Shown one piece after another: positions 33,125-44,062 of a DNA stretch of 64,000 nucleotides; position 1 is the stretch's first letter, and every line of letters begins with the position of its first letter. The position numbers and the translations under genes are program-made. Below the pieces are notes generated by a model. It did not search any database, was not told the DNA's origin, and worked only from the letters and a program-made list of their open reading frames with translations. The stretch lies in the NCBI GenBank assembly GCA_963796105.1, contig CAWCKJ010000009.1:32001-96000 (forward strand), given 5' to 3'. The stretch is from a candidate division FCPU426 bacterium (GTDB taxonomy: Bacteria; Oederibacteriota; Muellerivitia; Muellerivitales; Muellerivitaceae).

Positions 33125-34516
33125 TTACGGAGTTTTGGCGCAGCGGCACCCAACATTAAACAATAGAAGATTATCAGGTTTCGCGCGGGTTCGATTTCCC
33201 ACCCGTAGATCCGCCCAGGAACTTCCCCAAGCAGCACCCCTTAAAATTTTTTCCTGCCCGTTTGAGGGTCCTTGAGGATCCGTTTGAGGATCTGCGGTAT
33301 ATTCGTTTTCTGAATACCAATCGGAACACCACACCATAACATTCCCCACCATGTCGTAAAGTCCGTTAGAATTCGGTTTTTTCTCCCCAACCGGATGAAT
33401 GACATTTCCGGAATTGGCGTTAAACCACGAGTATAAATAGCCCTGATTCGGATCATGCCCCCAAAAATACTCATCCTCATTATCCCCACGGGCGGCCATT
33501 TCCCATTCCGCCTCGGTTGGAAGCCGTCCCCCTCCGCCGGGACCTTTGGCCCATTTGCAATAAACCGACGCGTCGTTCCAGGTGATCTGAACCATCGGCT
33601 GATTCCAGCCATTGGGGCTTCCGTAATTTCCGGGTGTCCGCCGGAGAGCAGGTTTCTTAGCCTTTTCAACCTCAGTCACATATCCGGTAGCTTTTTCGAA
33701 TTTCGAGAATGCCTCCTCCGTGACCGGATAACGATCCAGAAAAAAATCTCCCAGAAACACCTTGTGACGTGGATGTTCATCAGGATTGCCGATGCCCTCA
33801 GGCGACCCCATCCAAAACCATCCACTCGGAATATGAACCATTTCCCTGGCGTCAGGCCCCACCCACACCGGAAGTTTTTTAACAGTCTCATTCACCCCAA
33901 AACCAGAATGTAGCCACCACCAAATCAGGTTCGCTCCCAGCCCCAAAAGGAAAGCTCCACAAAGCCAAAATCCGATTGCTAACTTGCGCCGGCTCTTTCC
34001 CTCCCGAAGCTCAGTTATTCTTTTGGACAATTCATGAAAACTCCAAGGCGCTTTTCTGACCTTTTTATAATGAATCCGTAAACTATCGACCATATTGGAG
34101 CCTACAACAGCCACGGTCAGCATTTCCCTCTTGTCCGCGTCCAAAACGCGTCCCTGACCTTGGGAAGGAACAAGAACCGTTTTACCAATCCATTTTTTCT
34201 TGAAACGACTTAATTTGGCTTCGTTCAAATAATTCGTGCCCTGGTTTCCCTTAAAAAAACCATTCGCGGGGTTTTCCCACTCAGAAGCCATAAGTTCCGC
34301 GGCCGGAATTTTCGGTATTCCTGCAGCAAAGTCTTTCAGGAGAACTTGAAATTTTCTTTCCCTTGTATCCAAACCGTCAGCCTGTTCAATCCAAACCGAC
34401 CAAATTTCATCAGACAAACTTGTTTTTACAGCGAAAGGACTTACTTCCAAGCCGTGTTTCTCGAAATGTTGGAGAATTGACGAAATGATTTCTTCTTTTT
34501 CTTTTTCGAAAGCCAT
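33125..34516 (-). CDS. Membrane-anchored FGE-sulfatase (SUMF1)-domain protein
   Basis: FWMGS, DEHPRH, RLPTEAEWE.AARG and GLYDMVGNV. Start moved to MAFEKE (34516, GGGGGA SD) because the longer ORF overlaps the tRNA. Confidence 0.85.
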   Translation of the reverse strand: MAFEKEKEEIISSILQHFEKHGLEVSPFAVKTSLSDEIWSVWIEQADGLDTRERKFQVLLKDFAAGIPKIPAAELMASEWENPANGFFKGNQGTNYLNEAKLSRFKKKWIGKTVLVPSQGQGRVLDADKREMLTVAVVGSNMVDSLRIHYKKVRKAPWSFHELSKRITELREGKSRRKLAIGFWLCGAFLLGLGANLIWWWLHSGFGVNETVKKLPVWVGPDAREMVHIPSGWFWMGSPEGIGNPDEHPRHKVFLGDFFLDRYPVTEEAFSKFEKATGYVTEVEKAKKPALRRTPGNYGSPNGWNQPMVQITWNDASVYCKWAKGPGGGGRLPTEAEWEMAARGDNEDEYFWGHDPNQGYLYSWFNANSGNVIHPVGEKKPNSNGLYDMVGNVMVWCSDWYSENEYTADPQTDPQGPSNGQEKILRGAAWGSSWADLRVGNRTRAKPDNLLLFNVGCRCAKTP

Positions 34517-34575
34517 AAAAAAATCCCCCGACTTCAATTCCGCGCTTAAAACTGTATTTAACAGGTTAAAAAACT

Positions 34576-34651
34576 TGGTGGGGCGTGTAGGATTTGAACC
34601 TACGACCAAGGCATTATGAGTGCCCTGCTCTAACCACTGAGCTAACGCCCC
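34576..34651 (-). tRNA. tRNA-Ile2 (CAU anticodon, lysidine type)
   Basis: GGGGCGTTAGCTCAGTGGTTAGAGCAGGGCACTCATAATGCCTTGGTCGTAGGTTCAAATCCTACACGCCCCACCA. It is ileX-like in sequence and sits downstream of rpoD. Confidence 0.92.
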
Positions 34652-34829
34652 AAAATTCATCCAATAACGAACATTCAAGAATCGACTGAAGCCTTGAAAC
34701 CAAGACTCTATCAGTAAAAGGATTGGATTTAACTATATAACAAGCTGGGTCTTTAAACCGCGCTATTCCAAAAATCGTAACATTATAATGTTTCATATTA
34801 TTGAATATGTGTTTCATAAACACTAAAAC

Positions 34830-34859
34830 AAAAAAGGCGGACCCTTAAAGAGCCCGCCC
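34830..34859 (-). terminator. Intrinsic terminator after rpoD
   Basis: GGCGGGCTCT-TTA-AGGGTCCGCC followed by a T tract. Confidence 0.75.
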
Positions 34860-34873
34860 TCATTATCTTTAAA

Positions 34874-36682
34874 TTAATCGAGATAACCTTTGAGTTTTCG
34901 GCTGCGGGAGGGATGACGTAGTTTCCTCAGAGCTTTCGCCTCGATCTGCCGGACACGTTCGCGGGTGACTTTGAATGTATTACCAACTTCTTCCAATGTA
35001 TGGGGATATCCGTCATTCAGACCAAATCGAAGGCGTAATACCTCCGCCTCTCTTTCTTTCAGGGTTCCCAAGACCTTGGAAATCTGTTCCTGTAAGAGGA
35101 CAAAGGCTGCAGCGTTGGCAGGGGAGATGACATCTTTATCCTCGATAAAATCCCCGAGGTGGCTGTCTTTTTCCTCCCCGATAGGTGTTTCCAGCGAAAT
35201 GGGTTCCTGGGCAATCTTGAGGATCGCCCGGACCTTCTCAACTGGCATTTCCAGTTTTTCCGCGATTTCGTCGGCCATCGGTTCCCGGCCCAGTTCCTGC
35301 ACTAAATCCCTTGAAACCTTGATTGATTTGTTGATGGTTTCGATCATGTGAACAGGGATACGGATGGTTCTGGCTTGGTCGGCAATGGCTCGTGTTATCG
35401 CTTGACGAATCCACCATGTTGCATAAGTTGAAAATTTATACCCCCTCCTATATTCAAACTTTTCAACCGCGCGCATGAGCCCAATGTTCCCTTCTTGAAT
35501 CAGGTCTAAGAAAGGCAACCCGCGGTTTGTGTATTTCTTGGCGATGGAAATGACGAGGCGGAGATTGGCTTCCACCAGCTCCATCCTTGCCTGGTAGGCT
35601 TCCCTCTCGCCTACTCGTATGCTGCGCATCATGAACTTGATGTGTTCACGAGAGGCCATTGCCTCTTTTTCAAGTTTTTTAATGTGTCGCCGGGCCTCAT
35701 CCCACCGGCAACATACAGAGACGAAATTCTCCCCCTTGAGAGCACTCTTCTTTTCCAATGGCTTCAAGTCGGCATGGCCCCCATGCTTCAGGAGACAGGG
35801 CAGCTTGACGTAACTCTCGGGAGACAGCTTCAACTGTTTCTCCTGCATGTGCATGACGTGTTCCTGTTCCTCAATGCTTTCACCATGGTCCCGCAATTTG
35901 CCAATAAGCCTTTCCTTCACCTTTTTCTGGAACTGGCAATCCTTGACCAGCCAGATGAGGTCGATTAGTTTTCCGTCCAACTGCTCTGCGATTTGTTTGC
36001 GGGCCTCTTGAGTCAGGGATCTTAAACCCACCTTATGCTGAAGGGCCTTAATATGACGTTCCAGTATTTTCAATTTGGATAGATTTTTCATGATTTTCGC
36101 CAGGATCTGTTTTTCGGGAATACACGGCATTTCCGCATAGGGATCGAGGTCGATAGTTTCCTGGAGGGTTTTCTTTTTTTTAACAATATCCGCAAACAAG
36201 GCATGCAATTCCTGGAATCCCAGTGCTGAACCCAGAACGGCCTTTTCCACTTTGAACTCGCCGGCTTCAATTCGTTTTGCGATGGAAATTTCTTCTTCAC
36301 GAGTCAACAGGGGTATGCGACCCATTTCATGCAGATACATCTTGACCGGGTCTCCCATGCGAGTTTCAACGCCGGCCGTCTCAAAAGTCTTCTCAAATTC
36401 CTCTCCGTCGTCCTCATCCTCATCTTTAACAATGGCGCCAGGAGGCGCCGCGCCCACTTCTTTCTCGTCGTCAGGAAGGGCCGCTGTTTTTTCCTCTTGG
36501 TCGACGATTTTGATGTCGTTTTCGCCCAGCATCAACAGAATGTCATCGATCTCCTCGGAGGAAACAACCTCGTCGGGGAGGATGTCGTTCACCTGTTTAT
36601 AGGTGATATATCCTTTTTCTTTTCCCACTTCCAAGATTTTGTTGACGTGGTCCGATTTCGTTTTCTCGGGCGCTTGCTTCAT
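34874..36682 (-). CDS. rpoD: RNA polymerase primary sigma factor
   Basis: [39 protein letters not shown] and [10 protein letters not shown]. Confidence 0.98.
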   Translation of the reverse strand: MKQAPEKTKSDHVNKILEVGKEKGYITYKQVNDILPDEVVSSEEIDDILLMLGENDIKIVDQEEKTAALPDDEKEVGAAPPGAIVKDEDEDDGEEFEKTFETAGVETRMGDPVKMYLHEMGRIPLLTREEEISIAKRIEAGEFKVEKAVLGSALGFQELHALFADIVKKKKTLQETIDLDPYAEMPCIPEKQILAKIMKNLSKLKILERHIKALQHKVGLRSLTQEARKQIAEQLDGKLIDLIWLVKDCQFQKKVKERLIGKLRDHGESIEEQEHVMHMQEKQLKLSPESYVKLPCLLKHGGHADLKPLEKKSALKGENFVSVCCRWDEARRHIKKLEKEAMASREHIKFMMRSIRVGEREAYQARMELVEANLRLVISIAKKYTNRGLPFLDLIQEGNIGLMRAVEKFEYRRGYKFSTYATWWIRQAITRAIADQARTIRIPVHMIETINKSIKVSRDLVQELGREPMADEIAEKLEMPVEKVRAILKIAQEPISLETPIGEEKDSHLGDFIEDKDVISPANAAAFVLLQEQISKVLGTLKEREAEVLRLRFGLNDGYPHTLEEVGNTFKVTRERVRQIEAKALRKLRHPSRSRKLKGYLD

Positions 36683-38478
36683 TTAAGTTCCACCTCTTGG
36701 GAAAATTGCTTCTTTAAAGCAACTAATTTTTGAGCCAACTCCAGGGATTTATTCATATCCCCGACTTTTTCCGCCTCAGACTGCAAAATCTTCAATTCTT
36801 CCATCCGGCGTTTCAAGTAGTTTTTTTGCAAAGCAGATGCCAAATCCGCCAACATGGCAGCCCGTATGCGTTTCCCGGGCAAAATTTCCAGGCGAATAAA
36901 AGATCCGGTAAGCTCGGGCAATCGTCCCAAAGACGAAACCGGGATTTCCCCGGCACACAACTGTTCAAACAACCGCCTGAAGTTTTCTCGAGTAAAAACT
37001 TCAGGCGAAAGTTCGTCTTTGGCCCAGGGGATAAAATCACCCTCAGCTTCGGTCAAAAGCGACAAAAAATCCGACTCAATCCTGCTATCTATTGATTCCA
37101 ATTCCGAATTGGAACCGGATTTATTTCCGCCTTTTAGGACTTGCGGCTCACTCTGTCCCCTTCCCAGTTCGGATTTTCCTTTCTTGCGTTCGGCGTTCAC
37201 AATGGTCAAAAGGTCTCGGTTATCAAGTACCCACGCGGATCCAACCGCCGCGCAAGCGGCTTGTATCGAGGCTTCTGACGGCATTTGAAGAATAAAGGGC
37301 ACAAACTCCTGGAACTTTCTAAGTCTCTCTTCCACTGCAGCATTCGGCGTTTTCCTTTTTATTGAGTCTGCCCACCAACGGGCAAAATCCGGGGCATTCT
37401 CCAACAAAAATGAAAATTCCTGCTTAGGATGCCGCCGAAGAAACTCGTCGGGGTCTTTGCTATCGGGCATCACAAGAACCTTCACGTTCAATCCTGCTGA
37501 AAGAAGTGGTTCCCATCCCCTTAAAATCGCCGCCTGGCCCGCATCATCCGCATCATATGAAAAGACAACATTTAATGTGTACCGTTTCAGAATTCTTCCG
37601 TGCTGTTGAGTCAGCGCAGTCCCTAACGTGGCAACTGTATTTTCAAAACCGTGATGGTGAAGAGCTAGCGCGTCAAAATAACCCTCCACCAGTAAAACAC
37701 ACCCTTTTCGCCTGATGGCTTCACGTGCTTTATCCAGTAAATATAGATTTTCACCCTTTTTAAAAAGAAGAGTTTCTGGCGAATTAAGGTATTTAGGCTC
37801 CGTATCGTCGTTTAACGTTCGCCCGCCAAAAGCAATAATTTTATCATAATTATTCTTGACCGGAAAGATGAGCCTATTTCTAAATTTATCATAAAAGCTT
37901 TTATTTTCTTCGTTATGAACAATCAACCCCGCTTGAAGAAGTTCCTCTTGTGAAAACCTCTCTTTTTGGCCGGCATTTTTCAAGTTATCCCAACCAGGAG
38001 GAGCATATCCAATCAGGAATTTTAAAGCATCTTCCTTCGCGAATCCTCTTTTTTTGAAATACTCCCGAGCCACCAGGCCATCGGAAGAAAGAAGGCGCTC
38101 CTGAAAAAATCTCGAGGCAAATTCGTTAATTTGAATCATCCGTTCCCTTTGCCGTCCGACCTCCTGGTCCTCAATATTTGACTCTAGTTTCGGCAATACA
38201 ATTCCCGCTTTGTCCGCTAAGAGTCGTAGGGTTTCTGGAAAAGAAATTTTCTCCATTTCCATAATAAAGGTGATGGCATTGCCGCCTTTGCCGCACCCAA
38301 AACAGTGGAAACTATTTCTGGAAGGGGAGACAATGAAACTCGGTGTTTTTTCATTATGAAACGGACAAAGACCCTTATAGCTGGCTCCTGCCTTCTTGAG
38401 TTTGACATGTTCCCCGACCACCGCCACGATGTCGGTGGAATCTTTTACTCGCTGGATAATGTCGTCGGAATACTTCAT
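36679..38478 (-). CDS. dnaG: DNA primase
   Basis: [15 protein letters not shown] zinc finger, [15 protein letters not shown] and YDADDAG. Confidence 0.98.
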   Translation of the reverse strand: MKYSDDIIQRVKDSTDIVAVVGEHVKLKKAGASYKGLCPFHNEKTPSFIVSPSRNSFHCFGCGKGGNAITFIMEMEKISFPETLRLLADKAGIVLPKLESNIEDQEVGRQRERMIQINEFASRFFQERLLSSDGLVAREYFKKRGFAKEDALKFLIGYAPPGWDNLKNAGQKERFSQEELLQAGLIVHNEENKSFYDKFRNRLIFPVKNNYDKIIAFGGRTLNDDTEPKYLNSPETLLFKKGENLYLLDKAREAIRRKGCVLLVEGYFDALALHHHGFENTVATLGTALTQQHGRILKRYTLNVVFSYDADDAGQAAILRGWEPLLSAGLNVKVLVMPDSKDPDEFLRRHPKQEFSFLLENAPDFARWWADSIKRKTPNAAVEERLRKFQEFVPFILQMPSEASIQAACAAVGSAWVLDNRDLLTIVNAERKKGKSELGRGQSEPQVLKGGNKSGSNSELESIDSRIESDFLSLLTEAEGDFIPWAKDELSPEVFTRENFRRLFEQLCAGEIPVSSLGRLPELTGSFIRLEILPGKRIRAAMLADLASALQKNYLKRRMEELKILQSEAEKVGDMNKSLELAQKLVALKKQFSQEVELK

Positions 38479-38503
38479 AGAACCTCTGAGAAAAGGACAG
38501 CTA

Positions 38504-41035
38504 TTAATTTTTCTTGAATTTTACCACGGTAACTCCCGCGCCGCCTTGAGCTTGCTCGGCTAGGGTGAAATCAACATTCGGATGAGCGGTTGGTAAATGT
38601 TTATGGATAGCTTCTTTCAGCGCTCCCGTTCCTTTTCCATGAATAATCCGGACAAAAGGCAGGTTTACCAATAACGCGTCATCGAGAAACTTGTCGATCA
38701 ATGGCAATGCCTGGTCCACCAATTTCCCACGCAAATCCAAGTCGAGATTTCCTTTCTCATCTACCCCGCCGGGAATCAGGCTCCCTCCATTCATTGTCGG
38801 AGGCGCATGGTAAAGCTTTGGTTTCTCATCTTTCACAACTTTACCTAAGTCCGAATACTTGCAAGAAAGCTTAAGTCCGTTGCCCATGAGGATTACCGCA
38901 TCTTCTTTTTCATCGTCGGCAGATACAACTTTGACTTCGGCATTGCCCGACTTAAAGAATACGGACTCTCCTTCCCTCAATTCTCGGATTTCGGAGTACT
39001 TTTTCGTGGGAAGCGGTACTATATTCCTGAGTTTCCTGTTTATTTCCTGCCGAGCGTTTTTTATTTTATCCCGATCCACGGGTGTGCCTTTTGGTTTTTC
39101 CACTCCCTGGATCAGATGTTCCATTTTCCTCCGGGCGTTTTTTATCAATCCCTCCGCCTCAATTTGAGCCTCTTTTTTGATCCTGCGCGCCTCGTCTTTG
39201 ATCTGTCGCCGCGCGACCAAAAGCTCGGCTTCCATTTTCCTCACATTTCCTAGGGTTTTTTCGGCTTCCCGCCGGGCTTTTTCAAGGTTTTGCTTTTCCC
39301 CACCTAATTTGGTCAGTATTTCCGCAAGATCAACTTCACCGGCAGGAAGATGTGCTTTCGCTTTTTCGAGGATATCTTCTGGAAATCCCAAATTGCTTGC
39401 CAAAGCCAAGGCATAGGACCGACCGGGAATTCCGGAAACCAGTTGGTATGTTGGTTGTCCAGTAACCTCATCAAACAACATGGCAGCATTGGCCATTCCC
39501 GTCTCTTCCTGGGTCAAGAGTTTCAAAAGAGGCTGGTGGGTGTTGGCCATGACCCACGCGCCTCTTTCCCGGAAAGTTTCCAGGCATGCTAAGCCCAGGG
39601 CGCCCCCCTCACGGGGATCGGTACCAGCGCCAAGCTCATCCAAAAGAAACAGGCTGTTTATAGTTTCCTCCCCATCGTCTCCTGAAAGCCGTGAATGGTC
39701 TAACATGCGTTTAAGGGCCATGAGTTTGGCCGCATAAGCGCTCAAATGATCCTGTAAACTCTGGCCGTCTTTTAGATCTGAATCAAAATACCTGATCAAC
39801 GGGAGTGTGCTTTCATTGCCCGCGATTACCGGTAAACCCGACTGCGCCATCAAACAAACCAACCCCAAGGTTTTCAGGGCCACGGTTTTACCTCCCGCGT
39901 TCGGTCCGGAAACCAAGACAACGCGAACCCCTTCTTTGAATTCAATATCCAGGGGAATGACTTTTTCCCTGAACTTCTTCCCGGCTTCCATTGATAACAA
40001 TGGATGACGTCCTGCCTTGAGAACCAAGGCATGGCCCGGATAAGGTTCAATAAACTGAGCATCATACCGGGATGCGAATATGGCCAAAGCGCCATGGGCG
40101 TCAATTTCAGCGCTCGCGATCAGGGTTTCTTCGATTTTTTCCCCGAATTCCAAAACCCCTTGAGTGAGTTCCCTCAATATCTTGCGAACTTCCTCGTTCT
40201 CTTGTAAAAGAGCCTCTTTAATCCTGTTGTTGCTCTCAACAGCCCCCTCCGGTTCTATAAAAAGAGTGGCTCCGGAAGCAGAAACTCCGTGAACAAATCC
40301 GGGAACCTGGTTTTGGTGGTCCCTCCTTACAGGAATTACCAATCTCCCTTCTCTCTCTGTGATAATTCGATCCTGGAAAATGCTTTCCGCCTCTTGCTGC
40401 CGAAGAAGTTCCTGATATGTATTTTGAACTTCCGAACGCAAAGTCCTGATTCTATCCCTCAGGTTCTTCAACTCAGGTGAAGCCGTATCTTGAATATCAC
40501 CTCGGTCTGTCAATTGAGTTTGAAGCTTATCTTTTAATTCCGGAAGGCTGTGAAGTCGATCAAGCCATCCCTGAAAAACTCCTGTAACCGTATTTTCCAC
40601 TGAGGTATCTCTTATCGTTTCTGCTTTTTCCGAGGGTTCCGTTAATGTCGAGCTGGAGTTCTGGCCCACTTGAACTGGTTGAGGCAAGTAATCCTGTTTG
40701 GAAAAATATTGCCTCAAACGCACCACATCCCTTAGAAATTTTAATAAAGCCGTCAATTCTTTCCCGGAAAAAGCTTCCCCTTTTTCCCTGGCATTTCCAA
40801 AAGCCTCAATGAATCTTTGTGGATCGGGGATGGAAGGAATAGCCTGTTTAAGGATTTGCTTTTCCAGTTCTCTTGTTTTCCCCAAACGCTCTTCTATAGC
40901 GAGGGTTTCGCCTAGAGGTCGCAACATCCTCAAATAATCCCTGCCGGAAGGCGTTTGACAATCTTTTGTTAAAATATCCAACAGCCTGGGAAATTCGACA
41001 GCTTCCAGAAAATTTTGGTTTATTTCGATTTTCAA
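38504..41035 (-). CDS. mutS2: MutS2 with Smr domain
   Basis: SASGATLFIEP, GPNAGGKT, LDELGAGTDP and DLRG..IIHGKGTG. Confidence 0.93.
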   Translation of the reverse strand: MKIEINQNFLEAVEFPRLLDILTKDCQTPSGRDYLRMLRPLGETLAIEERLGKTRELEKQILKQAIPSIPDPQRFIEAFGNAREKGEAFSGKELTALLKFLRDVVRLRQYFSKQDYLPQPVQVGQNSSSTLTEPSEKAETIRDTSVENTVTGVFQGWLDRLHSLPELKDKLQTQLTDRGDIQDTASPELKNLRDRIRTLRSEVQNTYQELLRQQEAESIFQDRIITEREGRLVIPVRRDHQNQVPGFVHGVSASGATLFIEPEGAVESNNRIKEALLQENEEVRKILRELTQGVLEFGEKIEETLIASAEIDAHGALAIFASRYDAQFIEPYPGHALVLKAGRHPLLSMEAGKKFREKVIPLDIEFKEGVRVVLVSGPNAGGKTVALKTLGLVCLMAQSGLPVIAGNESTLPLIRYFDSDLKDGQSLQDHLSAYAAKLMALKRMLDHSRLSGDDGEETINSLFLLDELGAGTDPREGGALGLACLETFRERGAWVMANTHQPLLKLLTQEETGMANAAMLFDEVTGQPTYQLVSGIPGRSYALALASNLGFPEDILEKAKAHLPAGEVDLAEILTKLGGEKQNLEKARREAEKTLGNVRKMEAELLVARRQIKDEARRIKKEAQIEAEGLIKNARRKMEHLIQGVEKPKGTPVDRDKIKNARQEINRKLRNIVPLPTKKYSEIRELREGESVFFKSGNAEVKVVSADDEKEDAVILMGNGLKLSCKYSDLGKVVKDEKPKLYHAPPTMNGGSLIPGGVDEKGNLDLDLRGKLVDQALPLIDKFLDDALLVNLPFVRIIHGKGTGALKEAIHKHLPTAHPNVDFTLAEQAQGGAGVTVVKFKKN

Positions 41036-41343
41036 TTTTTATTCCTTCAATTTATTTAGTTGAACCAATTTTTTATGAAAAAGATCATAAAATCTGATGT
41101 CCGAAGCTTCTTCTTGGCTTCCATTAGTTTGAGTATTTTAGCGCCGGGTTCCTCATGGGCAATCCAGTCCATATCATAGACTAAGCCCGGCCGAAGAACC
41201 TTTCAGCCACCCGAAAAATGCCCTTTTAAACCTTTCAAATGCGGATGAAAAAAAGGTGTGACATTTCCACTTTTACCCCCAATTTCAAGCGGGTCTTTTT
41301 TCTAACCTTTGAAACCGATGAAATTATTTTTCGCCTTTTTCTT

Positions 41344-41949
41344 TCAGCCTTTGGCGGGATAGCCCCTTCCTGCCTTAACGGATAAATATGGATTTTCTAA
41401 CAAATAAAACCGCAAGGGTAATTTCCAACCCTCTGTAATACCAATTCTTGTCGTAATTCCGATTTTTTCGGTTCTTTTTGCCTTTTTCACATAAAGAGGT
41501 TTTTTCCAAATCGGAGTACGGTTATGTTTCCTTTCGATTCCGAGGGCTTGAACCAGTTTTCCCGGGCCATTCGTCAGGTTCAGGGATTTTGGAGGCAATC
41601 CCCCCCGCCGATAGCACATCAGTTCAATCCCCATCATTGGTTCCAGAGCCCGGATCAAAACAGCCCCAGGAACTCCCTCCTTCTCCGTCACGATATTGAA
41701 TAAGAAATGGTTTCCGTAGCAGAAATAAACATAGGCGTGACCAGGCGGTCCGAACATCACGGAGTTTCGGGGAGTGCGGCCCCGGGCAGCATGGCACCCG
41801 GGATCTTTGCGGGGAAGATAAGCTTCGACTTCAACAATTCTGCCGGCAGACGTGCCGTCTGGACTTTCATGAACCAGGATTTGACCTAGTAGTTCTCGAG
41901 CGACAAGAACAGTACGGCGGGAGTAAAATGGCTTTGTAAGAATCATCAT
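41344..41949 (-). CDS. 3-methyladenine DNA glycosylase (MPG/AAG)
   Basis: GRIVEVEAY, YVYFCYG, AVLIRALEP, NGPGKL and RIGI. Confidence 0.95.
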   Translation of the reverse strand: MMILTKPFYSRRTVLVARELLGQILVHESPDGTSAGRIVEVEAYLPRKDPGCHAARGRTPRNSVMFGPPGHAYVYFCYGNHFLFNIVTEKEGVPGAVLIRALEPMMGIELMCYRRGGLPPKSLNLTNGPGKLVQALGIERKHNRTPIWKKPLYVKKAKRTEKIGITTRIGITEGWKLPLRFYLLENPYLSVKAGRGYPAKG

Positions 41950-42026
41950 GCTCTCAATGGACGGTCGCCCGAAGACGAACCAACCTAGTATTTAACCTTG
42001 AGCGAATTCTTCCGCCCCAGGAATTT

Positions 42027-42479
42027 TTATGCGCCTAATTTGGCCTTGACTTGACTGCTAACCTTGGCCATATCGGCTTTTCCCTTGATTTTAGGATTAA
42101 GCCAGCCCATCACTTTACCCATGTCTTTAGGCCCCGCAGCACCGGTCGATTTCAATGCTTCCTCGATCAAATGGACGAGTTCTTCATCGCCCAAAGCCGC
42201 CGGAAGAAATTTTTCAATCAATGTCAATTCATCTTTTTCCTTTGCAGCGCTTTCCGTCCTTCCACCCTTATTAAAACCCTCGATGGATTCCTTGCGCTGT
42301 TTAGCCTGTTTGGCAAGAACTTCTATGACATCCTCATCTGTCAATTCACGCCTCAGGTCCACTTCTTTGTACTTAATGGCAGATTTCAACATGCGAAGGG
42401 CTGAAACAACAGCTTCATTCCTTGCCTTCATGGCAGTCACAAGGTCGGAATTTATCTTATCTAGAATTGCGGATGCCAT
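42027..42479 (-). CDS. yqeY: GatB/YqeY domain protein
   Basis: AMKAR, KQRKESI and DMGKVMG; follows rpsU. Confidence 0.95.
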   Translation of the reverse strand: MASAILDKINSDLVTAMKARNEAVVSALRMLKSAIKYKEVDLRRELTDEDVIEVLAKQAKQRKESIEGFNKGGRTESAAKEKDELTLIEKFLPAALGDEELVHLIEEALKSTGAAGPKDMGKVMGWLNPKIKGKADMAKVSSQVKAKLGA

Positions 42480-42560
42480 TATTCCTCCAACTATAGGGAA
42501 AACAAGTACAAGCCGTAAACTGGTTTTATGTTAAGAATATCTAGGTGTAAATCGAGATAT

Positions 42561-42595
42561 TTAAAAGGGCCGGATTTTGAACCGGCCCCTTTAAA
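42561..42595 (-). terminator. Hairpin/terminator after rpsU
   Basis: aaagggccgg..ccggcccctttaaa inverted repeat. Confidence 0.6.
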
Positions 42596-42599
42596 CCAC

Positions 42600-42800
42600 T
42601 TAATCGTTTCGAAACTTCATCGCTCGGCGACGCGCTTTTTTGCGGGCTGCCGCCTCACGCTTTTTCCTTCTTTCGCTGGGTTTCTCATAGAACTCCCGTT
42701 TTTTCATTTCCGAGATGAGTCCCGAATTCTGGACGACTTTTTTGAAACGCTTCAGGGCGTTTTCAATAGGCTCATTTTCTTCTAATCTGACTTCGACCAC
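42600..42800 (-). CDS. rpsU: 30S ribosomal protein S21
   Basis: ALKRFKK..KREFYEKPS. Confidence 0.97.
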   Translation of the reverse strand: MVEVRLEENEPIENALKRFKKVVQNSGLISEMKKREFYEKPSERRKKREAAARKKARRRAMKFRND

Positions 42801-42984
42801 GTGGTCACTCTCCCCTCTATGGGTGGGATATCTTCTCGGCTTAATGGCCGAAAGAGGAGAGGAGTTTAATAGTTTAGGAGGGAACCGTCAAGCAAGAGCT
42901 AAATCGCATGTTTTAGGGGGTTTCAGGATAAAATTCTTGCAAAAAAGCAGTTTCCAGCTTAACGCAATTTTTATAACTCCTTGA

Positions 42985-43329
42985 TCAACCAGGTGGCCAT
43001 TGAAGCTCCCGCCCTCCTAAAAGATGCATGTGGAGATGTGGTATTGCTTGACCCCCATTCACCCCGCTATTCGTGATGAGACGGAAACCATCTTTGGCAA
43101 CTCCAAGTTTATCAGCAATTTTCACGGCTCTGTTAGTCAGGATGGAAACGATCGGATCACCCTCCTCGATCTCGCTGACGGAATCAACGTGTTTTTTGGG
43201 TATCAAGACAATGTGAATGGGAGCTTGGGGTTGAATATCGTAAAACGCCAATGTTTCTTCATCCTCGAAAACGATGCGAGGCGAGATTTCCTTCCTGACG
43301 AACCTGCAAAAAAGACAGTCTTGTATCAA
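42985..43329 (-). CDS. HIT (Hint) family nucleotide-binding protein
   Basis: DCLFC, PQAPIH and HLHMH triad. Confidence 0.95.
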   Translation of the reverse strand: MIQDCLFCRFVRKEISPRIVFEDEETLAFYDIQPQAPIHIVLIPKKHVDSVSEIEEGDPIVSILTNRAVKIADKLGVAKDGFRLITNSGVNGGQAIPHLHMHLLGGRELQWPPG

Positions 43330-43342
43330 TTTTCCACCCGGC

Positions 43343-43966
43343 CTAATGAAATAGATAAACCGTTAAATCCTCGCCTGGCAAATAGCCGTCCAATATTTTA
43401 TATTTTCCCTCGGACCAAAGATGGACTTTATCATCCAAAACCATCGGATCAGCGTAAAAAAGATCATCATCCTTCCATGGACAATTCGCGTTGAGGATAT
43501 TAAAAGCCACTCCCTTATTTGAGATTAGCATGGCTTTTTTTATCATTTGCTCAACCCATGCCCAGTTATCCTTTACCTTATGGTTAAAAATCCCGCTGAT
43601 TAAAACATAATCACATTTTCGCCCAGGAAATGAAGAAAGAATGTCTTTTTTTTCAAAGATAACCCCAGGATAACGACGTCGAGCCGCTCTGACCATTAGA
43701 CCCAAAGTATCAAATCCTATGTATTCTCCCTGCCAACCTTGGGATTTCAAATAACCATAAAGACATCCCAAACCGCAGCCAACATCCATGATGCATTTTC
43801 CATTCAAATCTCCGATTCCTGTCAAAAGGCGAAAACGAATTTCCTGGTTTTGCCTTGAACGCCATCCCACCCTGTTCTCGGGCAAGTCGTATTGAAATGC
43901 GCGCATCAAATAAAAAAACCAAAGATAAATTTTATTGTAAAAACTCAGGGGCTTTGTGGCGGACAT
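43343..43966 (-). CDS. Class I SAM-dependent methyltransferase
   Basis: MDVGCGLG motif I and DYVLISGIFN. Confidence 0.85.
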   Translation of the reverse strand: MSATKPLSFYNKIYLWFFYLMRAFQYDLPENRVGWRSRQNQEIRFRLLTGIGDLNGKCIMDVGCGLGCLYGYLKSQGWQGEYIGFDTLGLMVRAARRRYPGVIFEKKDILSSFPGRKCDYVLISGIFNHKVKDNWAWVEQMIKKAMLISNKGVAFNILNANCPWKDDDLFYADPMVLDDKVHLWSEGKYKILDGYLPGEDLTVYLFH

Positions 43967-44062
43967 GGTTAAACTTTAACATGAATTATGCGAAGGTAAT
44001 AACTGGAATTTCGTCGCGATTCGAACATTAAGCGCTCAGGGTTGAGTTTTTAAAAGCATTGT

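Noticed and set aside
33125..33260. Diversity-generating retroelement
   Set aside because: No reverse transcriptase or template repeat is visible in the window.
34576..34651. tRNA-Met call or prophage integration site
   Set aside because: The sequence and position fit Ile2. No integrase or duplicated tRNA 3' end was seen.
34517..34678. N-terminal extension of the FGE-domain ORF
   Set aside because: It reads through the tRNA gene; a better start with an SD exists at 34516.
41057..41195. ~38-aa minus-strand ORF (MDWIAHEE..) and a GCCGGG/CCCGGC hairpin upstream of mutS2
   Set aside because: There is no convincing SD or recognisable motif, so it cannot be supported.
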